A DNA stretch of 64,000 nt from Callorhinchus milii (taxonomy: Eukaryota). Location: contig NW_024704742.1 of NCBI RefSeq assembly GCF_018977255.1, forward strand, positions 31,622,001 through 31,686,000. Direction: 5' to 3'. The notes beneath the pieces are model-generated. The model saw only the letters and a program-made list of their open reading frames with translations. It was not told the DNA's origin and did not search any database. Numbering within the stretch: the stretch's first letter is position 1; the number at the start of each line of letters is the position of its first letter. The position numbers were made by a program, and so were the translations under genes. Below are positions 39,066-49,025 of the stretch, one piece after another.

Positions 39066-40598
39066 GTACTGATGGGAGTTTTCAACCTTGGGATTGTGTC
39101 AAAGTATCTATCTCAACCTTTGCTGGATGGATTTGCAACAGGAGCCTCAATTACGATCCTAACAACACAAGTCAAGTATCTTGTTGGACTAAAAATTCCA
39201 CGCAGCCATGGACCTGGTACAGTTATTCTAACGTGGATAAATATTTTTAAAAATATCCACCAAACCAATATCTGTGATCTTATAACAACTGCTGTCTGTC
39301 TTCCTGTGCTCATCACTGTCAAAGAACTAGGAGATCGATATAAGCACAAGATTAAGTTCCCTCTGCCAACAGAGATGGTTGCTGTAATTGTAGCTACAAT
39401 AATATCCCATTATGCAAACCTAAATGAAAAATATGGCTCAAGCATTACTGGAGAAATCCCCACAGGATTCCTAACGCCCCAGATCCCAAATTGGAGTCTA
39501 TTTTCCAGAGTTGCCATAGATGCTGTGTCAATTGCAATCATGAGCTTTACCTTCACAATCTCAATCTGCGAGATGTTCGCAAAGAAGCACGGGTACAATA
39601 TAAAAGCCAACCAAGAGATATTTGCTCTTGGATTTTGTAACATAGTCCCATCCTTTTTTCACAGCTTCGCTTCCAGTGGTACTCTGGTGAAAACGCTCAT
39701 CAAAGAATCAAGCGGCTGTCAAACCCAGCTCTCTAGTATCATCACTGCTATGATAGTATTACTGATGCTACTTTCCCTAGCACCCCTCTTATATTCTTTG
39801 CAGAAATCAGTGCTTGCATGTATCATTATAGTCAGTTTAAGAGGAGCTTTCAGAAAATTTCGTGATGTACCAAAGCAATGGCAAATCAGCAAAATTGACA
39901 CTCTGGTCTGGGGTGTCACAATGCTATCTGTAGCTTTATTAACCACTGAACTAGGGCTTTTAATTGGGATAGTCTTTTCACTTCTGTGCATTATTGCTCG
40001 CACTCAACTGCCAAGGACACCTTTGTTGGGCCAAATCCAGGGTACCAGCTTGTACAAAGATGAAACCGAATATAAAAATCTTTCCTTCATTCCTAGAATT
40101 AAGATCTTCCGCTTTGAAGCCCCACTTTATTATGCTAATAAAGACTTCTTCCTGAATGCCCTTTACAAAAAAGTTGATCTCAACCCCGTTTTGGTGGCTG
40201 CAAAGTGCAAAAAAGCAGAAAAACAACAAAATGTTCCAAAGAAAGGACGAAAGGAAAAAGAGGAATTTAGTGGCAACATGCAAGAAAACGACATCACCAA
40301 TGAACGTTTTGTCTATAAATCCTATGATTTTCACACAATTATTCTTGAATGTTCCACAATCCAATTCTTGGACACTGCTGGCATTAACACAATGAAGTCA
40401 GTCCTGAAGGATTACAATGAGATTGGTATCAGAGTCCTTCTGGCTAACTGTAATCCTTCAGTAATTGATTCTCTGAGTAGAGGAGAGTATTTTGGAGCAA
40501 GCTCCAAAGGCATAGATACTTTGATGTTTTACAGTGTACATTCTGCTGTTCGGTACGCTGAAGCCGCCTGGTCTGTCTCAGCTGACTCTTCCATTTAA
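39066..40598 (+). CDS. SLC26A1: SLC26A1 second coding exon (TM core + STAS domain, ends ...ADSSI*)
   Basis: tag|GTACTGATG acceptor giving the YQ|VLMG junction; GFATGAS, EMFAKKHGY, NQE and FLDTAG STAS motifs; two-coding-exon layout of SLC26A1/A2 and nesting in IDUA intron 2 indicate A1. Confidence 0.93.
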   Translation, partial: VLMGVFNLGIVSKYLSQPLLDGFATGASITILTTQVKYLVGLKIPRSHGPGTVILTWINIFKNIHQTNICDLITTAVCLPVLITVKELGDRYKHKIKFPLPTEMVAVIVATIISHYANLNEKYGSSITGEIPTGFLTPQIPNWSLFSRVAIDAVSIAIMSFTFTISICEMFAKKHGYNIKANQEIFALGFCNIVPSFFHSFASSGTLVKTLIKESSGCQTQLSSIITAMIVLLMLLSLAPLLYSLQKSVLACIIIVSLRGAFRKFRDVPKQWQISKIDTLVWGVTMLSVALLTTELGLLIGIVFSLLCIIARTQLPRTPLLGQIQGTSLYKDETEYKNLSFIPRIKIFRFEAPLYYANKDFFLNALYKKVDLNPVLVAAKCKKAEKQQNVPKKGRKEKEEFSGNMQENDITNERFVYKSYDFHTIILECSTIQFLDTAGINTMKSVLKDYNEIGIRVLLANCNPSVIDSLSRGEYFGASSKGIDTLMFYSVHSAVRYAEAAWSVSADSSI

Positions 40599-42265
40599 GA
40601 TTTCTCAGACCAAGGGTTGTTGCTACTTAACCTCCACATGAAGACATTCATGTGCAAGTGATATCACATGCCACATTGCCTATTTAAGCATTTAAGGTTT
40701 TTTTGTTCACGTGTGCATTTGAACTACATTGTTTAAACTATACCTTTAAAGACTTGCTTGATGTCTCAGTGGATAAATGTATGATCTATTACACCTGACA
40801 GTGTAGTGGGACATCCAGATAGGGAAAGTCTAAAGTTCAATTCTTGATGTGTGGTGTGTTAATTTAAATGAATGGGATTATTGGCTTCCGTGTCACTGGC
40901 AAGGGGCAGGGAAGGGGAATTCAGCCATCACTGCTGCTTGTGATTGATCAATTTATGGACATTAGACGAAGCCAAGGTTGGTCTTTTTTTTGGCCATCCG
41001 GGTGACATATGCAGAACTCATCATGCTTAAAGAGTATCTAACCCAGACAGAGTTCCATATATGTAAGTCATCTACTGTGTGGAATGGAATAAACACTCTC
41101 CCCCGGAGGGAAGCTCTTTGCTTATCTAAATCCAGAAAGTATTAAGCTCACCAAGGCTTGGGAACCCCAGAATAGGGTACTGCTGGAGTTTAACAAACTA
41201 AACTGATTATTGACTATATCTTACTTTTGAGAGCAGTGCCTGCCAAGCTTCTTTGATTTGGAACCACCATAGCTTTAGGTTTTGGCTTGCAGGGTTAACA
41301 GAAGCCAAGTAAATCCCTGCTATCAGTACAAGACGCGATCACAAACAGAAAGCATGCAGACATTAGTTATCTACGGTTATACACAAAGAAACAGAGAGAA
41401 AGTTAAACATTTCGCTACGAAGTGAAACTGCCTAACATATGGTAAACCATCATGCATAGGGCTTCCTGAAAGACATTCACTTCTGCACAACATGGTACTT
41501 TGAGCATTGTGCTGTGTATACTCTGTAGTGCAGTGGAACCATCACATTGAGAAGGGAATGGTGACTTGATTGTCTAATAATTTGCAGCATCTGGTTCTGC
41601 AATATTTCCCAAAAAGAATAAAGGCAATTGAAATTAACAAGCCGGATGGTACCTCAGCTTAATAGTATTCATTCAATAGTACAGCACAGAAAGTAAAACT
41701 GTATTTTAGCCAGAGTGGATAGGAGCTTAACAATTAACTAGTGCACAACGTCAGCAATAGGCTGCTTCCCGGGGAGAGGAGATCCTGATCAAATAAAGAG
41801 AAAATTCATTTCTACTTCCTGTACATCTAATATGATGCAGAATCATGGTCAATTTCATCTAGAAAGTAAAACTGTACTTGTGTCCAGTTTCAGTTGAACA
41901 AGCGGAAGGGCATATGTACAGTACAATATACTAAAGTGAGTGATTCTAACAGTGACAATATTAGAATATTGCATGATTCATTTTAAATTGTAAGGACCAA
42001 TCATGTAAACATTATGAATATATAGGATGGAAATAAAGCTACTGTATTTCTGACAAATCACTAAAAGTAAATGCACTAAATTCTAAATTACAGTACGGTA
42101 TTACACTCCTGAATCCTTCCGTTCCCAACAGGCTCATGGTCACAAATTTAGCAGAGTGCACATTGTTACTTGAAGCATTTATTTCATAATACTAAGTATG
42201 AATCAAACTGTAAACAAAGCATAATTTGCAATCATTTTGTGAAAGTTGTATTTGTAATCATATTG

Positions 42266-42271
42266 AATAAA
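42266..42271 (+). terminator. Candidate SLC26A1 polyadenylation signal (AATAAA)
   Basis: Last of several AATAAA hexamers in the largely unique AT-rich 1.7 kb after the stop codon, just before SINE-dense DNA resumes. Confidence 0.35.
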
Positions 42272-42461
42272 TGTTCATCTCACAAACTTTGGTACATTCT
42301 GATTCAAACAAATCACAATCCTTGCATTTGATATGGCAACTTTCATGTCAGGAGGATGTCTCAAAGCGCTTCACTGGATAATACTCTAGAGTGTAGTGAC
42401 TGTATTGTGTAGACAAATGTAGCAGCCAATTTTTGCACAACAATGTCTCACAAATAGCCAC

Positions 42462-42810
42462 GTGGAGTCCTATAGCTCAGTGGTTAGAGCACTCGCCTCA
42501 CACTTGAAAGACCTGGGTTCTATTCCCAGCAGGGCGAAATGTTGGTAAGTTTCCTTACCCCACACACCTCTGTTTACCTAGCAGTAAGTAGGAACCAGGT
42601 TGTTAGTTGTTTGGCAGATCGCTTTTCTGGGCTAATAATCCCTAAAAAAAAGTGGTCATTCAATCAATGTGGGACCCAGCCATGCGCAATTGGCTGCTGT
42701 GTTTTATTCACAAATATACAGTCAATTCACTTTACAGTATAGTCTGTGAAGCACTTTGAGATGTCTAGAAGATGTGAAAAGTGCTATATCAAATGCAAGG
42801 ATTATTATTA
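42462..42810 (+). mobile_element. tRNA-derived SINE, full length
   Basis: Same head, body and tail as 49317-49637. Confidence 0.88.
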
Positions 42811-44365
42811 TGAAGTGAATGCCCAATTTTATTTGGCAGATTGTTGGTCTGGACACTGGGAAAAACTCCCTTCTCTTTTAGAATAGTACCAATGGATCTT
42901 TAACATCCCCTTAAGCAAATAGGAACTTGATTTAACATCTCCTCCGAAGATCAGCAAATCTAACAATGTAGCACTGCATTGGAGTGTCTAGTCTAGACTA
43001 TGTGAGTTCAATGTGGGACTTGTAGCCACAACCTTCTTTTTTAGAGACAATCAACTGGGCCAGACAGACACACACTTTGTTTATTTTCTTGCCCCGGTTT
43101 GGTCTCTTCCTATAGATACCAGCTAATGTAGCAGTTTTCGGTACCTGCATTGAGTAACCATTCTTTATGTGTGAGTCTCGAAAATGAGTATTCACACCCT
43201 TCTCATTCATACATGCACTTTTCACCAGGTTTCACTTCATAGTATTTAGGAGGATGCCCTTGCCATTCTTCAGTAACTCAAAACTGGTAAACAACAATAA
43301 AATTTATAAAGCACCCCTCACACAGGTTAGCATCCCAGAAGCTTGAAGCGAATTATACTACTTCTATGACTACTTCAGCTGACTAATCCATGTCCCTCAA
43401 TCAGCCTTGAATTGAATAACTGATTTATTTGAGATACTGGTGGTCAGGACAAATAGTCTGGAATCGTTAAAGATCATGGGATGTTTAAACTTATCCATCT
43501 TTCAAAGTCCAGATGTGGAAGGTTGTCCACGCACAACCGTCTGACTCAGAAATGGGAGTTCTACCAACTAACTCGGGCTGACACACCACTAAAAAAAGGC
43601 TCTTCAAATGGATGGACTTTGATAATGAGAATAATTAAACACCTTGAGTGACTGATAAAAAGGTTCTCTTTTATCCCTGTCCTTCCACTGGTAAAACAAT
43701 ATGGATGTGAATTGTAGAATACAAGCGCCATGTATTTGATGCTGATTATTTTGAATATCCACATATCTGAATTGAATAAGCTGATTCAAAGTGACGTGGA
43801 CCTCTGATGTTGCGGGTTGTGTGGGGGGATGGGGAGAGGGTAAAGTTGGACAGGAATGTGAATCACCCACCCAGTGTCACTAGGAACTGACAACAAGTGT
43901 TCATTCAGCAATTTGGTCCAAGCACAACATATTGTTTAAAAACAGACTGTAGAGCAAGTCAGAGAATAAATCAGGGTGAGAAAGAAGAAACGTCAGAGAA
44001 GAATAGTGAAATTCAGAGACAGTGAAAGATAGGTTAGAGGAAACAAAATAATCTGAGATAGAGAGTAAGAAAGAACCAAAGAGGGAGAAAAGGTAAGGGA
44101 GAGGGCTGAATAGTGTACACTTGCAGTATATACCCATCACTCAGGATAGCGTCTTAGAGCATCTGGAACAGCATGTACTATAATGACCATATAATTCCTG
44201 AAATTAGAAGATTTTGGTTAGCACTGCAGCTAATTTGCATTTTCTGTGATGACCCACTATCTGCAGTGTTTCTATATCCACAAAACTCAAGCACTGCAGA
44301 TAATGGGCTCTCAACCCTAATCCAAGATTAATGCTAGATTAACCACAGCTGCAGGAAAATATCAC

Positions 44366-44576
44366 AAACAACAACAACAAGATTCCATTTATAAAGCGCC
44401 TTTCACGTCAGGAGGACGTCCCAAGGCGCTGCACAGTTGGGTCATGACCCGAGCAGGGGGGAAATGGTCAGGGGGAGGGAAGGGAGGGAGCGAGGAGGGG
44501 GGAAATGGTCAGGGTGAGGGGAGGGAAGGGAGGGAGCGAGGAGGGGGAAGAGAGTCGAGAGGGGAGCTGAAGGCAC
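44366..44576 (-). mobile_element. L2 3' tail copy with an internal ~45-bp duplication, 50 bp from the IDUA exon 2 donor
   Basis: Aligns to the 10088 copy; GGGGGGAAATGGTCAGGG block present twice. Confidence 0.8.
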
Positions 44577-44626
44577 AAAAACATTTCATGTACATTTTAT
44601 ATGCATTTTCAATATTGTAGACTCAC

Positions 44627-44767
44627 TTGGCTGTGATCAACTCCAATAGCCAGTGAATGCGAACTTGCTCGATACCATTATGAGGGACTGAGGCAATATA
44701 TGCGAGGTTAATCTGCTGATCCCTACTCAAGTCAAACACATCTGCTTTGTTGTGCGGCAAAGGAGGA
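44627..44767 (-). CDS. IDUA: IDUA exon 2 (PPLPHNKAD...[12 protein letters not shown])
   Basis: ttacag acceptor, GTGAGT donor, 141 nt, translation matches IDUA. Confidence 0.96.
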
Positions 44768-45884
44768 CTGTAAAACATTTATAAAAGGCAACAATAAAAA
44801 TGACAAATAAAATGACACAGGAAAATGTTAATAAAATTTATAATAGCAAAGGACTGTGAATTTGTTTTAATCTGAATTGATTTATTGAATTATGAGTTAT
44901 TGTTTGCCTAATATCGCAAACAATAAAGTGCCGGACTCCTATTCAGATTCTAATGTTTATCACTTCCAACTAACAGTAATTGACCTGTAGTATATTCTCA
45001 TTAGTGAGGCGAAAATTCTCACCAAAGACCTTATTGAGCACTGCAAATGTCAGGAAGGAAAAAGTAGCACTTTCAATTGTACTGGGTGTAATGCGTCTGT
45101 TGTCTGACCACTGCACAATACACTTAACATTAATCCTTGATTGTATTTAATATAACACCTTACCACATCTCAAAGTGCTTCACAGGATATACTGTAATGT
45201 GGTGTGACTATGTATTTCAACCTTCCTGAATGATGGAAGCATAACAGTTTTCCCTTCAGAAAGAAAGCCAAACTTAATTTATAGTTAATATTTTCAAAAA
45301 ACATAGTAAACATGCAACAGTCAAAACAATATATAAAACTATTTTTTGACTTTATGAAGGAGTCTGTTAGAAATAGTACATAGAAAAAAATAAAATTGAG
45401 GAGGGAGTCGCTTCACATTTTAAGATTAATTACAATTGTATGTTACAAATTTGAAGGTGCAAAAGGCTGCAATACCCAATATGCATCTACCTCACATACA
45501 AACGTTTCACAGAAATTTTTTCCCATTCATCAACATATTTCCTTTTAGCAATGAGTACCGAAGTACCTAACAACACAGTTGTCAAAATGCACTGGACAGG
45601 CTTTTGTTGGTGGATTTGGGAGTTGTGCTCACAAAATGTATTGGTCTACTTTGGGATTTGATTTGCCATCTCCAGCTGACAATCCAGTATGCCCCTGACA
45701 TGTGCATAACAGAGTTTGATTGCTGACAATGTTAGCATCCATTTTGCACTGAGCACCTTTATAATTTCCAAACAACAAACATTACTCTCACGAACTTGCA
45801 GCTCATACTCTTCAAATTTATGCAAGCATGGTATGTCCCTCCAAAGAGCGAAGGTACATTCCATTCAGCTGATATTACATATTT

Positions 45885-45935
45885 ACATATTCAGCTGATA
45901 ATAAATAGAATGTATTTATTATCAGCTGAATATGT
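45885..45935. repeat. Perfect 23-bp inverted repeat with 5-nt loop
   Basis: ACATATTCAGCTGATAATAAATA-GAATG-TATTTATTATCAGCTGAATATGT. Confidence 0.95.
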
Positions 45936-47239
45936 CATTTATAGGTCATTCGACCCAACTTGTCAGTGCCGGTGTTTATACTCAAGTCTCCAACTACTCC
46001 TTACTCCATCCACAACATCCCTTCTCCCTCATATGTATATCTAGCAATTCTCTTAAATGCATCTAATCTGATTCAACCAACACTCATTCGGACGAGTTCC
46101 ACAATCTCACTGCCCTCTGAGTGAAGTAACTCCTCCTAAATTCTTTTTAATTTAGAGTCCTCCCACCCTCCCCCCTGCCATCTTATGTACGTGTTCATAT
46201 CTCCGTCTGGTTTGGATACTCTTTTGAGCATCGTGATGGGATCGAGAAACCTGTTTGACCAAAAGTGAATTGCTTTGTTACAACTTCTCTGCTTGACATG
46301 TTCTTGATGTTAGTGTCAATGACAATTACATTTACACAGAGCCTTTCGCTTCTGGAGTGACGGGCTCAATGCACTTCACACAGCTCACTGAGCACCCGTG
46401 TTGGTGCGGGTGGGGTGTAATTACGGCTCGTCAGGTGAGGCGAGTGTGGCACTGTCTGACCTAGAAGTTCCATGTCTCGGAGCAGGATTGCCAGACCAGT
46501 GAGCAGGAACTGAGCGCATTGGGCAAGTCAGCACAGGAGCAAGGTCAAGACAATTGCGCGTGCATGAAGTGCCTGTTGCCAAGATAATCTGGTTCATGGT
46601 TTACCTCTCCTGTCAAAAAGGTCACCAGCTGCCAATGTTACCAGATTGGGAGGGTGCAAGCATGTTTTTGTTGGTATTGTGTGTGGATAAAAAACAGCTT
46701 TTTTTATGCCTAATTTTTAAAATTTAAACCTCCAAAAAGTTTTTTTGGTTTGTCTTGCGGACGTTTTCTTACGAGTTTCAAAAGCACTGACTTGAATTGT
46801 CCACTCTGCTGCCCCTAAAGGAAGCAAAGCATAACATTGGGTTGCAAATGGACTTTGGGCTTCAAACAAAGTTTAATTTCTGGCCAAACCCCTGGTTTGG
46901 TTTGGCAAACTCACAGATTACCTCATCTGCCAAAAAGGTCACCAGCTGCCATTGGGGTGGAGGAAAGGGGGGGAGGGAAGGGCAGAAACTCAACATAAAA
47001 CTTGATTGAACTCACAGTAAAACTCACATAAGCCATATCGGTTGGGACCTTAGTGAGATGTTGGGATCGTATCTACAACAAGATTACATTTGTATATTTA
47101 ATATGATTTATGCAAAGCGTGAGTCCTGTCAAACTTGCATTGAATATAAACTCTTGAAGGGGACTCGGGAGATGTAGGATTTAGCCCATTATATGATTCA
47201 TACAGATCATACTTATGTGCTGATTGCTGTGTGCAATTC

Positions 47240-47716
47240 TCACTCGACCTCTACTGGCTCCCTATCCTTCAGAGGATCGTCCTCACCTACAAAGCCCTCC
47301 ATGGCCTCGCCCCGCCCTACCTCTGCGACCTCCTAACCCCCTACCAACCCGCCCGCTCCCTCCCTCCCTCCGCTCAGCCGGCTCCGGCCTGCTCCACGTC
47401 CCCCGACCCACCCGCCCCACCATTTGGCGGGAGAGCCTTCCAGCCACTCTGCTCCCAACCTCCGGAAGTGCCTCAGCGGCCTCCTCCGCGGTTTGGACGC
47501 GTCACTCCGCCTCGCCCCCCCCTCCTTAGCCTCCTTCAAGTCCCGCCTCAAGACCCTCCTCTTCGACCATGCCATCGGCCATCGGCCACCCCCCCCTTCC
47601 CCTTCCCCTCCCCCGCCCGGGTCTGAAATGCTGTACTCCATTCAGCGCCTTGGGACGTCCTCCCGACGTGAAAGGCGCTATACAAATGCAATGCTGTTGT
47701 TGTTGTTGTTGCTGCT
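47240..47716 (+). mobile_element. CpG-rich L2 3' fragment in IDUA intron 1, carrying a 39-bp insert of exon 1 sequence
   Basis: VLTYKALHGLAPPYLCDLLTPY and FKSRLKTLLFDHA motifs; (TTG)n tail. Confidence 0.87.
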
Positions 47717-47896
47717 GCAAACGGCTGCCGCGTTTCGCCTACAACATCGTCGCTATTTTTGCGACGTCCTGAAGCCGTGATGAGGCGCTGCACCGAGTGC
47801 AAGGCCGACCCTAACACACGACGGTGTATTGCGGCATCTCGTTATATGTCAGTGCGGCGAGTTTTACTGCGTGGCGTTGAACAAAAGAGCACCCAC

Positions 47897-48105
47897 CAAA
47901 ATCCTGTGCTCCTCCAGAAGTGCCTCAGCGGCCTCCTCCGCGGTTTGGACGCGTCCACGACGATGGAGTAAGAACGGGAAGATGCCGGCGGCTGCGGCAG
48001 GGCGGCGGCGGAGGAGGAGGAGGAGGAGCCGCCGGCGCTTCCCTGCAGGGGCAGCAGCACACACTGCAGCACGGCGCCCAACGCAGCGGCCAGGCCGGCC
48101 TTCAT
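47897..48105 (-). CDS. IDUA: IDUA coding exon 1 (signal peptide, MKAGLAAALG...PLRHFWRSTGF)
   Basis: ATG in gccATG context at 48105; hydrophobic leader; FWRSTGFC motif; donor GTGGGT, phase 2. Confidence 0.95.
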
Positions 48106-49011
48106 GGCCGAGCGAAGAGGCGGCTCGGCGGTGCGCTGTGGAAAATAAGAGGGGCAAAAGGGGACCGGCTCGCCTCCAACTGTCAACCGTCACCCACGGC
48201 CACGTGACCGCTCTCCCCCCCCCCCTCCAGCCGAAGCCGCCCTGGTCACGTGATCGGGGGGGCGGGGGGGGAGTGTGTGTGCGCGTGCGCGTGTGTGTGT
48301 CGGGGGTGGTTCTGCCGGAAATTACAATCCATTTGTGGACCCCCGAAAAAGTAGCCCCCGACGTCAACGCGTTGCCTCCGTGGGGTAGCGGAGCGGCCGA
48401 TTTTAGGTGGGTTTCAGTGCTTTCTTTTTCAAACTGGGTAACATTAGGTCTTCTTCGATGCAAAAAAAAAGAACCCCCCCACACACACACACACACACCC
48501 ACACCAAACACGTTTTGCAGCTTGAAATCATTTTTAAAAAGTATTAAAAATTAGGCACCCGCCCAAAGCCAGTTTTTTTTTCACTCTCAATCACAGCTAA
48601 AGACACAACAACAACAAATTGCACGTGAGAGGCTCTGTCTTAAAAGAAAGTCTCGCGCGAAACGGGTGCGGCCGCGGTGCTCCCGCCTTTGACCAATGAC
48701 AAGCGCAGGTTTCGCCGGAACGCTTTCTCTGATTGGCCGAGCTCCAACCCCCCCCCCCCTCCGTGCCTTGCTCCGCCCTCCCAAATCCGCCTATCGTCAA
48801 CGCGCAATGACGCACAGCGCGCCCCTGGTTGGTCCAGAGCGTCTCGGGCTCTGCCCAATGATAGGCGGCGCTCGCGGCGGCTCTGGCAGATTTAAACCCA
48901 GTGTCAGTTGGGTGAGTCGGTTGGTGGGTGGTTGAGTGAGTGGTAGTGTCGTCCGGTCTGTGAAGGCCTCAGTTTAATCATCGTCTCTGCGAGAAAGACG
49001 GGAAGCAAAAC
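48106..49011. promoter_or_regulatory. CpG-island bidirectional promoter/5' UTR region shared by IDUA and the PRC1-like gene
   Basis: Sharp rise in GC and CpG over ~47250-49300; divergent ATGs 906 bp apart; CACGTGA boxes at 48199-48208, 48245-48254, 48621-48628; CCAAT boxes at 48693, 48732 (reverse), 48855; TTTCGCGC (reverse) at 48655-48662; TTTAAA at 48891. Confidence 0.85.
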
Positions 49012-49025
49012 ATGTCGAGGCGAAG
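49012..49025 (+). CDS. PRC1: PRC1-like coding exon 1 (MSRR-S)
   Basis: aaacATGTCGAGGCGAAG|GTGAGG; tiny phase-2 first coding exon as in PRC1 (MRRS). Confidence 0.8.

Larger units (their letters stand above)
1302..48105 (-). other. IDUA: IDUA gene span (start codon to stop codon; 14 coding exons, 1986-nt CDS, 661 aa alpha-L-iduronidase, GH39)
   Basis: 14 exons with GT-AG borders join into one uninterrupted frame; contains WNEPD (acid/base Glu) and YNDEAD (nucleophile Glu); exon sizes 141/108/96/203/180/122/126/77 equal those recalled for human IDUA. Confidence 0.97.

Noticed and set aside
47224..48935. Long overlapping ORFs in the CpG island (e.g. 47829-48554 +, 47864-48511 -)
   Set aside because: Low-complexity read-through caused by stop-codon scarcity in GC-rich DNA; only 47897-48105 (-) has protein homology and splice support
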